From Paraspadella gotoi (taxonomy: Eukaryota; Animalia; Chaetognatha): DNA of 64,000 nt. A program made the translations under genes and the position numbers. The stretch spans positions 5,564,381 to 5,628,380 of the forward strand of contig CM119269.1 of NCBI GenBank assembly GCA_051294375.1. The letters run 5' to 3'. This document shows positions 52,739 through 64,000 of the stretch, piece after piece; positions within the stretch are counted from its first letter, which is position 1; every line of letters starts with the position of its first letter. The notes under the pieces were generated by a model. The model did no database searches, had not been told where the DNA came from, and saw only the letters and a program-made list of their open reading frames with translations.

Positions 52739-54769
52739 TAGAGAGAGAGAGAGAGAAGAGAGAGAGTAGATAAATGCCAACTAAACAAAAAAAAAAACAG
52801 TTTCGTCAAAAACAAAGAGGTGCGTCGGACCGGAGGCTCGGTGGCGAAAGACCAAAGGTATCAAATTGAAGGAAAACTTGAGGTTGAGGATTAAGACGAG
52901 GACAAGCGGAGGATGAGGAGGATGAGGAGGGATGAGGGAGGATGAGGAGAAGTTAGGAGAGCAATCATAAATCGTAAGGATCGTTTATAGACTGAGGTGA
53001 ACGAGGACGTGGCAGATCTCAAGCGGAATCCCGTTCGCTCTCAAATTTGTTGTTCTTTTGTCCTTTTTTTGGGGGTTTCGTTCGTCTTTTTATCTTTCGT
53101 CTCGAATCGGGACAAATGTGGGGGGGAGGGGAGGGGGTGGTTCGGCGCCGACGACGAGGAAAAACACTATTTAAGGTTTCGGAACGAAGAACGGTGGGGC
53201 GAAAATGAAACTTGGCCACTTTGTGGCGCCGAGGAAAAGACCAATTTGAGACTTGGATTAAGTAAAATTGAGGAAAACGACGAATTTGTGATGGTTTCAC
53301 TAATTACGGGTTGATAGTCGTATTGGCAGAAATAAAAAAATTGACACCGAAAGTAATAAATGGTAAATGAAAAAAACGACAAAGAGCAGCAGACAGAACG
53401 AGAACCATGAAACTTGAAAAGGACGGTGATCTGTAAAATTCGCGAGGGGAGAAGGTAAAAGATTCGTTGGTAGTCTTGGTAAGTCGTTTTTTCTCGTCAT
53501 TTCAAAAGAGGCTGACTGCCTCTTCATCGTTCTCCTCGTTAGCGGCTAAAAAAAAAAAGAGCGAATGCGTGATCCCCTCGAGTGGACAACGGGATATAAA
53601 CTTTCTCGAGACGTAAACCAAACAAATCGGGAAGTAAACAAATCAAACTCGAAGGATGGCCACCGACGAATCGACGAAAGACTGCGAATCGGCGGCCGCG
53701 TCCCCCGACCGTTCGTTCGGCGCCATCCACGACGGCCAAGACGAAAAATCGAAAGTAAACAAAGATTTCGGGCGAAGCGGGCGACGGACGGCGATATATT
53801 TTTTTTTTTGGCGGCCGCGTTAAATCCGGCGGCGGGAGTTGAATCGGGAGAAGGAAAAGAATTTAAAATGATGCATTTTGATTGGATGAAATTCGAGGTG
53901 GTTTTGGACTTGAAAAGAATAACTCAATAAGCTAAACAAAAAAGATGAGCGATTAGTTTATTTCAACCGTAGAGGCAGCGAAAGACTAACATGAAGAATC
54001 GGGGAATGGTTTAGATTTAAAAAGAAAGCATCGTATAATAATGAGTCGAGAAAATTGACGCAAAAATATCAAAACTTATCTAATGGATTTTTTTTCTTCT
54101 CAAAGCTCGATCATAGTGTTTCACCACAAACGAACAAATGAATATATATATATTAATATATTAATGAATTATAAATCTCAGTTGTTAAATCAAACTGTCC
54201 AAAGTGTCGAATGTCATTCTACTAAGCGATATTTTTGAGAAAGAGAAGATTTTTCGACCCTAAAACTGTCTAATTTTATTTCCCCCTGTAAAAAAATATG
54301 TTTTCGTGCCATTGGGTTGTTGGACGCTGGAGAAGAAATCAGGCAAAGATGTGAGAGATAAGAAAAAAGAAGAAGATAGAGAGATAGAGAGAGAGAGACG
54401 GACCTCGATTTTTTCGATGAACAGCGACCAGTCACCTCGTGATAGGACGCTCACCTCGCGACGCTGAACCTTTAATGGTGTGTCGACCCGACCGGCCCAT
54501 AGACTCATCGACGACTTACCCGCGACTTACCCCAGAGAATCCTTACCCACGGTGGCGCCGGACAAATGGAGGCGACGAAAGAATCGGTTGGCAGGGGCCA
54601 AAGATGCTCTTCCTCCGCCCAGTGGCGTGACAGAGCGGGTAAATTCGCTCTCTTCTCGCTCTCTCTCTTTGGATATAATTGTCGCTCTGGAGAAGAAATG
54701 GGAAGTTGTTGAAACCGAAACTTGATGACAAGAGTCGAAGGTCAGATCATCATCGCAGCAGGAGAGAGA

Positions 54770-54804
<35 letters not shown>

Positions 54805-55935
54805 GAGGAAGAGAAGAGAGAGAGAGAGAAGAGAGAGAGAGGAGATGAGAGAGAGAGAGATAATTAGGTCTAACTCGAACGCCATCTCGTCTCACCCATC
54901 GAAAATTCGTCGCCTCCGCTCACGCGTTCGAACGCCTCTGGATTTTTTCTCGGTGAGTTTCGAAAGATGTTGATCGTGAGTTCTTCTGGTCATCGCGCCC
55001 GGATCGCATTGTTCGCGTGAGTTCATATCTCGGACCGGTAAGTTTCTTCCAGCTTTTCGCCGTCGAGTTAACGTCGCCCGGGATTTATCGTCCCGACAAG
55101 AATTACTTTTTTTCGGCTTCGCTTTTTTCCTTCACGATCGATCGGGAATTGTGGGAACCTGGGGGTTTTTCGTGACAGGTTGACAGTCACTTGTGGTCGG
55201 CATGGTAGTTCGAGAAAGTTTGTGTCGATGTCATGCTGCAGGTGAGGTGGGCAAAGTCATAGAAGTGGGTTAAATTTTTTAAGCCTGCAAGAGTGAAAAT
55301 GAATTAATAACTTTTAAAATTATTAATCTATCATATGTAAGTTGAAAAAGTTTAAGAATACTATGAGCGTTGATTACTTGATAGTATATAAAGTCCATAA
55401 TGGGTCTTAGTGTCGTCAACGCGCAAGAACTCTTTGCAATTGGTGACCTATTTGTTTTTTGCAGTCAGTTAGTAATCCGAAACTTTGTTACCCTTTTTCC
55501 CTGCACTCGTGATCTGTTATGTATTGCTTACCGTATTGTATATTGTATAAATATAGTAATAGGTGTTCGATTCTCTGTTTTTGGTAGAGTTTTTCTTCTT
55601 CGTAATCTCTTATTATTTTAAACACGAGCTCCGTTCGTCGAACAAAGTTTTGTGAAAAAAATACTAACCACGCGCCAGTCGCCAACCACTATCAATCAAA
55701 TATACGCTTCGTGAATGGGAAAAATCACGAAAGGAGAAGAAGAATAAAAGGAGGCGGAACGGGTGGAGAATAAAGGAAGGGTTTACGCAAATTGGGTAAC
55801 CCTATTCTCACTCGGGAAAATGAAATGGGGGGGGGTTTTTTCACCGTGGTTATTTGGGGGCCGAAAATATTTCTGTCGGACGGAAGGCGGGTGAAACAGG
55901 ATAGAGAGGGAAAAGGGAGACAGCAGCGAGAGAGT

Positions 55936-55967
<32 letters not shown>

Positions 55968-55970
55968 AGA

Positions 55971-56002
<32 letters not shown>

Positions 56003-56188
56003 CTAGAACTCGCTTGGCAGGAAAATCTGTAAGATTGCCTTTACCCCGGTATTGGCGACCGGCCGGTTCAGCCGTTGCCCGACCGTCCGGGCGCCCATTA
56101 GGGATCAATTTTTTCCTCCGGAAATGAATTAGGTGGGAGGGAAAAAGAAAAACAGAATTCTTTCTTTTTCCGTGGAACCGAAAATATC

Positions 56189-56255
<67 letters not shown>

Positions 56256-56820
56256 AGAATAGAAGAGAGAGAGAGAGAGAGCGAAACTAAACCTTAATTT
56301 ATGGACAATAACAATTGAATCGCCATTTTTTTGTGTTGCTTCCGCTCCTCCCTTTTATTCGCTGTTTTTCTTTTCCGCCTTTTTCCGCGTTTGTAATTTG
56401 GATTGGATGCGATCGAGTCTTCTGGTTTCGCCGCGAAGAATTCGTAATTCGTCCGCCAGTACTGGATTTTCCCTAAAAGGCATGAAGTTAAGATACTATA
56501 AATAGTTTTCTGTGATACTTTTTTTTCTCAAAATAATCAAACTAATTTAATTATTTTTTTTTAGTATAAGTTTGAATTTGTTTTTATTCCGCCCGCCTAT
56601 TAAGCAATATTAAGCATGCAACTCAGGTTCGTGACCGACGGTGGCTTTATTGAGTAAATACTCTCAAAGCTCATGACCATCTTGGAATCGTCCCGCGATG
56701 GCCTACCCTGAGGGTTCTGGAAAACCCTCTATCCTAGTTTACTAGCTAAGAAGGAACCCGTTCCATTTGCTGCTGAGGGGGCCACAGAAGTCTACGGAAA
56801 ACGAGTCTTAGCCCACTTAG
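42380..56820 (+). other. Indel-rich second copy of 28691-42373 (TTLL2 3' exons, orphan gene and flanks); probable assembly artefact
   Basis: Colinear throughout; starts ttacaaaaacgg as at 28691 and ends gcccactta as at 42373. Differences are mainly 1-2-nt insertions and deletions that shatter every ORF. Adjacent to an N gap. Confidence 0.9.
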
Positions 56821-57056
56821 AGTCCTTATGCACTGTAACTCTCTCTCTCTCTCTCTCTCTCTCCTCTCATCTCTCTCTCCCTCTCTCTCTCTCCGTCTCT
56901 CTCTCTCTTGGTCAAACTTCAGCGGGTCGCTTGACCTCCTCGCGTGAGAATGGAGATTCGGCGAGATTTTAAGATAACGTCATCGAAAAATCGTCGTCGA
57001 GGTGTCGTCGTCGTCGTCGGTCGTCGTCCAGAACGGCACCATGCGTAACGACCAGC

Positions 57057-57081
57057 NNNNNNNNNNNNNNNNNNNNNNNNN
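57057..57081. other. Assembly gap (25 N)
   Basis: Run of 25 n. Confidence 0.99.
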
Positions 57082-57172
57082 CGACAGGCTGTTTATGGGG
57101 AATGAGAGAAAAAAGAGAACGAGTAGGTAGAGGAACAGGATTTAAATCGATCTTCAATATTTGAGTCGATTA

Positions 57173-57174
<2 letters not shown>

Positions 57175-57203
<29 letters not shown>

Positions 57204-57260
57204 TGTATGTATGTATGTATGTATGTATGTATGTATGTATGTATGTATGTATGTATGTAT
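57175..57260 (+). repeat. (ATGT)n microsatellite
   Basis: About 21 perfect units seen directly. Confidence 0.95.
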
Positions 57261-60073
57261 CATCGTAACTCGGAGAATTTGTAGAGATTTGCTAGAGATT
57301 TGAGGAAAACAAAGATGCCAAAATTTTAATAAGAAAGGGGCAAAATTAGTACAATTGAGCTAAACTCTTCTAAGCCTATTAATGCCGAGGAATGATGGAT
57401 ATTCTACGTATTATTTCTAATTATTAAATTAAAAGCTGAGAATATCGAACCATACTATTACTAAAAGCCTTCTTCGTGGTTCGAACAGATTACAGACGAC
57501 AGATGTCGAGGAAATCCCGTTTTGCTCTTAACATAAACTTTTTAGATTAGAATAATTGGTGACACTTAAGACTATAGTTAGGGGTAGCCGCACTCAATGG
57601 GGTAAGTCAAAAATTTAGAGTGAGTACATGCTCAAACGAATATTTAGACATTTTTAAGAATACTTTCAATGGACAAAAAATTTCTAATATGGCTCTATAC
57701 CCTAGTAATTAATTTTTTGATATTTATTTATAGATAGGAAAGGCCAAAATTCTTTTTGGGAATTTTTTGAATTTTAGGACCAGATTCAGATAGCTCATAA
57801 AAAGTTGTCTACACAAAGTATGATTATTTTTTAAATATTTTTACGATAAGTGTGTCAAAAATAAAAAAAACTGTAAAAAATCATCATCATCATCATCTTT
57901 TGATGATTTTATCAGTTTTTTTATATTTTCACTTAGAAAACGTAAGAATTTTTAAAAGCTGTAATCCATCAAAAAATTTTAAGATTTTTAAAAAATATTT
58001 TTTGCTCTATATAGTAATATAATATTTTTAATTAAGCGAGTACCCTCAGAAGAAAGCATTTTTGACAAAAAATATTCTAATACCATAATCTATGGTCATG
58101 ATAGATTATTTTAACGCTGTATACATTAGCATTTAAATTTCATCGGCTATGGCTATAGTGAATTTAAATAGTGAATTTAAACCGATTTTGCACAATTGTC
58201 TCCTGACCCGGTTTGATTTGTCATTCGTGATTTGATATTTTCAATTTTCCCCATCTTCTTTTGGCCCCAGTTCGATTTGCTTGTCCGAAACGGTTTTTTT
58301 TTACTTGGAAAACAGATTAATATGACATATAAAATTGAAACATAAAACGATCGGCCGTTTGATAAGTCCCTCTCAAAAAACTCTCTCTTCGTTTCGAAAA
58401 CCCTGTACCCAATTTTCGAAGAATCTCTTTCGCTCGAACGCGCGGATCGAATTAAGATCCAGAGGAAGACTCCCGCGGATTGGAAGGGGCCGAAGAGGGG
58501 TGTTGAAGGCCTGAGGGGACGGTGGGCCCGAAGTGTGTTGAGGGACGGAGTGGGTCTGAAGGGGTGTGGCGAGGGCCTTCGAGTGGACCGCATGAGGCGA
58601 CGTTGGATTCGTTGCAAGCGAAAGAAGAAAGTGAGAGACGAATCCGCGTGCGGACGACAGATTGTGGACCTGTCCTTGAAGGTTGAAGTTATTTAAAGAC
58701 GAAATTTAGCCGTGGGGTAGGATCGTGAAATGAAAGCAGAATACAATGAAAGAAAACACAAATGTTAATCACAATATGTAACCTACTTTCGTCAATTTTA
58801 TAATAATATTGATTTAATTTGTAATAATAAAAACTAAGAATATGACGAATCTTGACCAACTTACTATAAGAATAATACAAAATACTACGACCACGACAGC
58901 AACAACGACGACAACAATAACAACAAAAATTTTTCAAAAAAACAGCTTCAATAACAATCGGAAAAAAAAATTACAAAACACCGAAAAATCCGAAGAAAAA
59001 AATTTTCCTTTTATCTGTTTCTTCCTCCTCGGGGGAGAAAGGGAGAGAGAAAGAAGTTTCCACCATATGGCGCCATTTTTATTTTGACTCGAGGCCATTG
59101 CGGCTTCGTCACGGAAAAAGCCCTGGCGGCTACGTCATGATTACGGCCCCTTACGGCTACGTCACAAAAAAAAGAAGCTCGAGGCTGCGTCACAAACAAC
59201 GCCTCTCTCCCTCGGAAACGCGCGAATGTCTGGAAGGCGTGAAAAAGTGTGGAACGGCTTCAAACGAGGGACTCGGGGAAAGGGGAAATTTTGAAAGACT
59301 GAGATCTTTCTTTACGACTCCTGCAAACTACATTCACGGTGAGAATGCTGTTTTTTTGGTGGTTTGACAGCAATCTTGCATTTAGTGAAAATACTGTTAA
59401 CGATTCTTCAAAAGGAATTGCGAAATATTATCTTTCGGGTTTAATTGAAATATATTTAAAATAGCTTTTTTTTTTTTTGGGAGAAGTACTAAATTTCCTG
59501 ACTCTTTCATGCTTTTTCTGTAGTTCATACGACGAGGTATTCTGAGGAACTCTGATGCATTTTTTGATATAGACGAGGCCGTGTGTAGTTTGCCGCGCGC
59601 GCGCCACACGGAGGAGTAGAGGAGAGAGAGAGAGATGAGAAGAGAGATGAGAAGAGAGGAGAGAGAGAAGAGGAGAGAGACAGAGAAGAGACTGAGAGAG
59701 AGAAGAGAGACGAATACCAATGTGAACTATCGCAATCGTCGGCGGTTGCATAATACAGAGACGTGAAAAATACGTTGCACGTAGAATCTATCTCTCCTCT
59801 CTTTCCTCTCTTTCCTTCTCTTACTTCTCTTTTTCTTACTTTTCTTTCCGATGGTTATCTTTTCTGTTTCTCTTTCTGCTTCCCCGATTTCCTTTCAACT
59901 TTCCTCTTTCTTTAGTGACGAAGCAACAAAAAAAAAAAAAGAATCGAACGAATATTTTTTTTTTGTTTTGTTCGGCCGACGCGGACAAGACCGAGAAAGT
60001 TTTTTAGCGAAGATTTTCGGTTTCGCAGAGATTGGAGAGAAATCCAAAGATTTGTGGGGAAGAGAACATGGGG

Positions 60074-60104
<31 letters not shown>

Positions 60105-60125
60105 GAGGACGAGACGATGAAGAGA

Positions 60126-60156
<31 letters not shown>

Positions 60157-60158
60157 GG

Positions 60159-60213
<55 letters not shown>

Positions 60214-60347
60214 AATGGCATACTGGCAAGTATTAAAACAACCGAACAGGGATAAAAGATATTCAAAATATTAAGAAATTCAATCTTGAAATGCGCTCGG
60301 AATTTATTTATGGTATATCCACCCTTCCCTTTACACTTCTCTCTTCT

Positions 60348-60387
<40 letters not shown>

Positions 60388-60737
60388 CTCTCTTCTCTCT
60401 TCTCTCTCTCTCTCTCTCTCTGAACCACCCGTCCCTCCCAATTGGAGTTCCAATCCCTCAAACAGCTTTTTGGACGATGTTTTTATCTCTCAAAGACCAA
60501 AAATTGTTGGTCATTTTATTCGCCTTTTTTTTGTGGGGGCAAATGAGTTTTCGGAGTTCCAATCTTTAAAAATCTCAAGTGATAAAAATCCTAGTCGGAA
60601 CAATCCCTTTACCGCTTTCCTATTTTCTTTTTACTTTGTCCATCCCTTTGATATAATTTCATTTTGAAATTAGTGATACTATGGTTGTATTCTTTTTAAC
60701 TGTCTGTCTGTTGGATTGCGCTGTATATGAGACTCTC

Positions 60738-60768
<31 letters not shown>

Positions 60769-61641
60769 TCTCTCTCCTCTCTCTCTCTCTCTGTCTTCCT
60801 GCTTATTCTTCCTTACCGCACTCGTAAAAAAGCATTCCTCAACGTCTCCCTCCTCTGTCTGCATCCATCCTCTCTCGCTCTCTCTCCGAGGCGGCCATCT
60901 GGTTTGAATGGATTCTCAACATTCTCTTCGACTTATCTCTTTCCGCCGTCGTGATTGCTTGTCTCTGGCGATGATCGACAGCTTAGCGTCGACTGACGAA
61001 GCTGGAAGGTGCGGCGTGTTGGGAAGAAAAATCGCAAAGAGGACGCTAAAAAAACTGGGGGAAAAGGTGGAGAGAGAGATGAGAGAGAGAGAGCAGAGAG
61101 AGAGAGAGGAGATGAAGAGAGAGAGAGAGAAGAGAGAGAGAGAGAAGAGAGAAAATACTAACGTTTTAGCTATTTGGACACAAATTTCAAACCGGAGTTC
61201 AACGCCCGTTTTATATACAACATCTTCTGTCACAAAATTATAAATCTTAACAAATTTTTTTATCTAATTTTGTATTATCTTCAGATGAAAGTGAAAAATT
61301 TTTAGGAGTTAAAGAAACAATTAAACCATCGTGTTGAAAATGTGTCTCTTTCTCGGTGGAAAAAAAGAAAAAAAAAACGCGTGGAAATATTAATCTGGTA
61401 ATCGAAAAAAAAAACCGGAATTATCCTTGTTTCTTGATCTCGACAAGAATATTTTTCGAAGCAATTTGAGTTAATTTACACAGTTGGGTGGAGCGATGAA
61501 AAAAATTGGGAGGAAGAGATATAGAGAGAGACAAGAGACAGAGAGAGAAAAAGAAAGCCGGTCTTTAACTAATTAATTTCTCTCGCAATTCATTTTTTTT
61601 TGCGAGCAGGATCCTTCATTTGAAGTCAAAACCTCAAAAAA

Positions 61642-63713
61642 ATGGAGTACCTAATCAAAACCAGGTCGAATCTCCGAGAGATTTCGATGGACGATCGAGA
61701 GACAAAATTAAGCCTGCTGATGGGCACCTACCGGGACGAGAGCGGGCGGCCCTTCGTTTTTTCGGCGGTGAAGGAAGCGGAGAGAAGAATTTTGGAAGAT
61801 GACGAATTGGATCACGAGTAAGTTCGAAAACAAAGTGACGATCATATGAAGCAAACCCAAAGCCAAAGGTCTTGGGTTCGAGCCCGTTGGCGGCCTAGAA
61901 GTTACGAAGGACGGGACGCTAAACCAGCTTGTAACATGGTGTTACAAGCCTGATCCGAAGCTCAAAGACCGCTTATATTGAACGGTGGTGTCACTCAGTC
62001 ATAACAATTATTTCTGTCTCTTCAGTTGGTTATATTTTGTGACAGAGAATGACGAAAGTGATAATTTAAAAAAAAGGTTTTTTCAATTCTTCATTAAGAT
62101 TCATTCAACTAAACAGTTGCAATCTCTTGCCGTGTTACGCAATAAGGGACAGTGTTAACGGTTGACCTTTTGAGGTAGCCCCTTAGGATCTTAATGTGGA
62201 TAGCCCAAGGGACAATTGAATTTTGCACTTTTATGAAATTGGTACAACCAATATAAAATTATCCATTCATTTAATAGATAGGCTATCTTGCTATATAATA
62301 CTCAGGCTTCAGACTATCAAACGGTTCAAACTTAAAAAAAAAAATTGGTGAAAAATGGTTCCGCAGCTCCGCGCCTGAGAGCCACCATGTTATATACTTA
62401 ATTCGTATTATACTGCAATTGTGTTGAAACTGTTTTTCCAGGTATCTTCCTATCGAAGGACATGGAACTTTCAACCAACTTGCCACGGAACTGCTTCTGG
62501 GCGTGGATCATCCCGCTCTGGTCGAAAGGCGCTTCTTCACCTTCCAAACGGTTGGCGGGAGCGGCGCCCTTCGAGCCGGCGCCGAGTTCTGCCGCAAGTG
62601 GCTTGGAATAGAAAGGGTGCTGCTGCCCAAACACACATATTTAGGGCATCATTGCATCTTTAAAGCTTGCGGATACCAGGTATGAAGAATGGGAGGCTGG
62701 ATGGCAGGATGGTTGGAGGCGGGATAAACGTTTTGTCTATCACTTTGTCAATTGTGACTTTCTTTCACGCGTATTTCCTTGTGATTACATGACTACCGAT
62801 GAGCGTGTGACATTCACTGCATTGTTTTTTTAAATGATTTTTTAGATTTGATGTTCTTTCCGTATGAGCAAAGCTAACAAAAGCCTCATTGTCCACGACT
62901 TACGCTCAGGAGGAGACCTACCGGTATTTCGATCTAGAATCCATGTCCCTGGATTTTGAGGGAATGATCGAAGACCTCTCCATCGCCTCGCCGTCTCTCG
63001 TCATCCTTCAAGCCTGTGGACACAATCCGACTGGCATCGATCCTTCTCCCGATCAGTGGCGCCAACTGGTTGACGTCATCTCCGCCGCGGGCCACATCCC
63101 TTTTTTTGACGTCGCTTACCTCGGATTCGTTTCGGGAGACGTTGACGTCGACGCCGCCGCTCCGCGTCTCTTCGCCGACGCTACGGCGCCGCGTCATATC
63201 GGTGGCGCCGCCGGCTTCGCCAACTTCTTTGCCGCGCAAAGTTTTTCAAAGAGCATGGGTCTCTACGGCGATCGACTGGGCTCCCTGACCTGGGTGGGGC
63301 AAGACGCCGCCGAGGTCCATCTCGTCCGGGATACGGCGATAGGGGTCACGATTCCTCTGTGGTTTAGGAGCCCGACACGGCCCGCCCTCATTGCGGCCCG
63401 CATCCTTGGAGACGAGGGGCTGCGGGCCGAGTGGACGCAAGTGTTGAAAGCCGTGAGTCGGCGAACGGACGAGACAAGAAAAGAGTTAATCAAACGACTG
63501 AATCGGGAGGCGCCCTCGAGAAGCTGGAGCGAGTCGTCAGCGATGAAGGGCATGTACACGATTCTAAAGTTGTCGCCAGAAGAAATAGCGAGGATGAAGA
63601 CTCAATTTGCGATCTACATGGATCCTAGAGGGAGGATCGCTACGCCCGCCATGAGCGAAGAGAATATGAAGGCTTTTGTGTCGGCAGTGGCGTCCGTCGT
63701 GGAGAAAGGATGA
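61642..63713 (+). CDS. Divergent aspartate aminotransferase-like (GOT1 family, PLP fold I) enzyme; exons 61642-61817, 62442-62679, 62910-63713; 405 aa
   Basis: KLSLLMGTYRDESGRPFVF...DHE/YLPIEG, QTVGGSGALR, ACGHNPTGIDP, FFDVAYLGF, SFSKSMGLYGDR (PLP lysine), KGMY, GRI. Splice phases are consistent (176+238+804=1218 nt). Confidence 0.9.
61862..62024 (+). mobile_element. 5'-truncated, diverged LTR of the tRNA-LTR TRIM, in GOT intron 1
   Basis: caaaggtcttgggttcgagcccg...tgtaacatggtgttaca...cctgatccgaagctc...tgaacgg...gtctcttca; carries a consensus-like B box GGTTCGAGCCC. Confidence 0.8.
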
Positions 63714-64000
63714 CCGATGAGATCATTGTGAAAAATAAGTCGCCAAGACTAATATAAAAAAATAAACAATTGTATTATGTTTCTTTCGTTTCGTTGTGTT
63801 TCGAGATTTAGGGAAAAAAATAGTTTTTATATTTTGTCAATAAACTCGTTGTTTGCCAAATTAAAACTGTTTTTTTCCTAAAAAAAATAAACATCTGTCA
63901 TGTGTCAAAAATTCCAATTTATAAAATTTATTTCTTTTATTTCATGTTACGTTTGAAAATAGTTTAACGAATAATAAGTTTCTTTGGTGATTGCAATGAC

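Noticed and set aside
58440-58690. GC-rich island as a coding exon
   Set aside because: No recognisable protein or consistent splice sites found; left unassigned.

Overview
Eukaryotic DNA, most likely from an invertebrate bilaterian: GC-rich exons, AT-rich GT-AG introns and abundant (AG)n microsatellites. Six genes could be assembled by hand: (1) a 3-exon TASK/SUP-9-type K2P potassium channel (-, 10237..1319); (2) an almost intronless ClC-2-type chloride channel (-, about 8527..4624) lying entirely inside K2P intron 1 on the SAME strand, the intron that splits the GYG filter; (3) a 15-exon TTLL2-like tubulin glutamylase (+, 18661..30256); (4) a 6-exon SPARC-like gene (-, 26764..24004), not identifiable in the ORF track and nested antisense in a TTLL2 intron; (5) a 3-exon, about 1105-aa low-complexity orphan (+, 33816..37389); (6) a divergent GOT1-like aminotransferase (+, 61642..63713) lacking the Arg292 equivalent. 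A complete 646-bp TRIM with tRNA-like LTRs, PBS, PPT and 4-bp TSD is present, plus a solo LTR and a truncated copy. Both TTLL2 tandem arrays start exactly at exon/donor junctions. Bases about 42380-56820 are an indel-riddled second copy of 28691-42373 next to a 25-N gap, most likely an assembly artefact. All gene models are manual and unverified by transcripts; family calls come from remembered motifs, not database searches.
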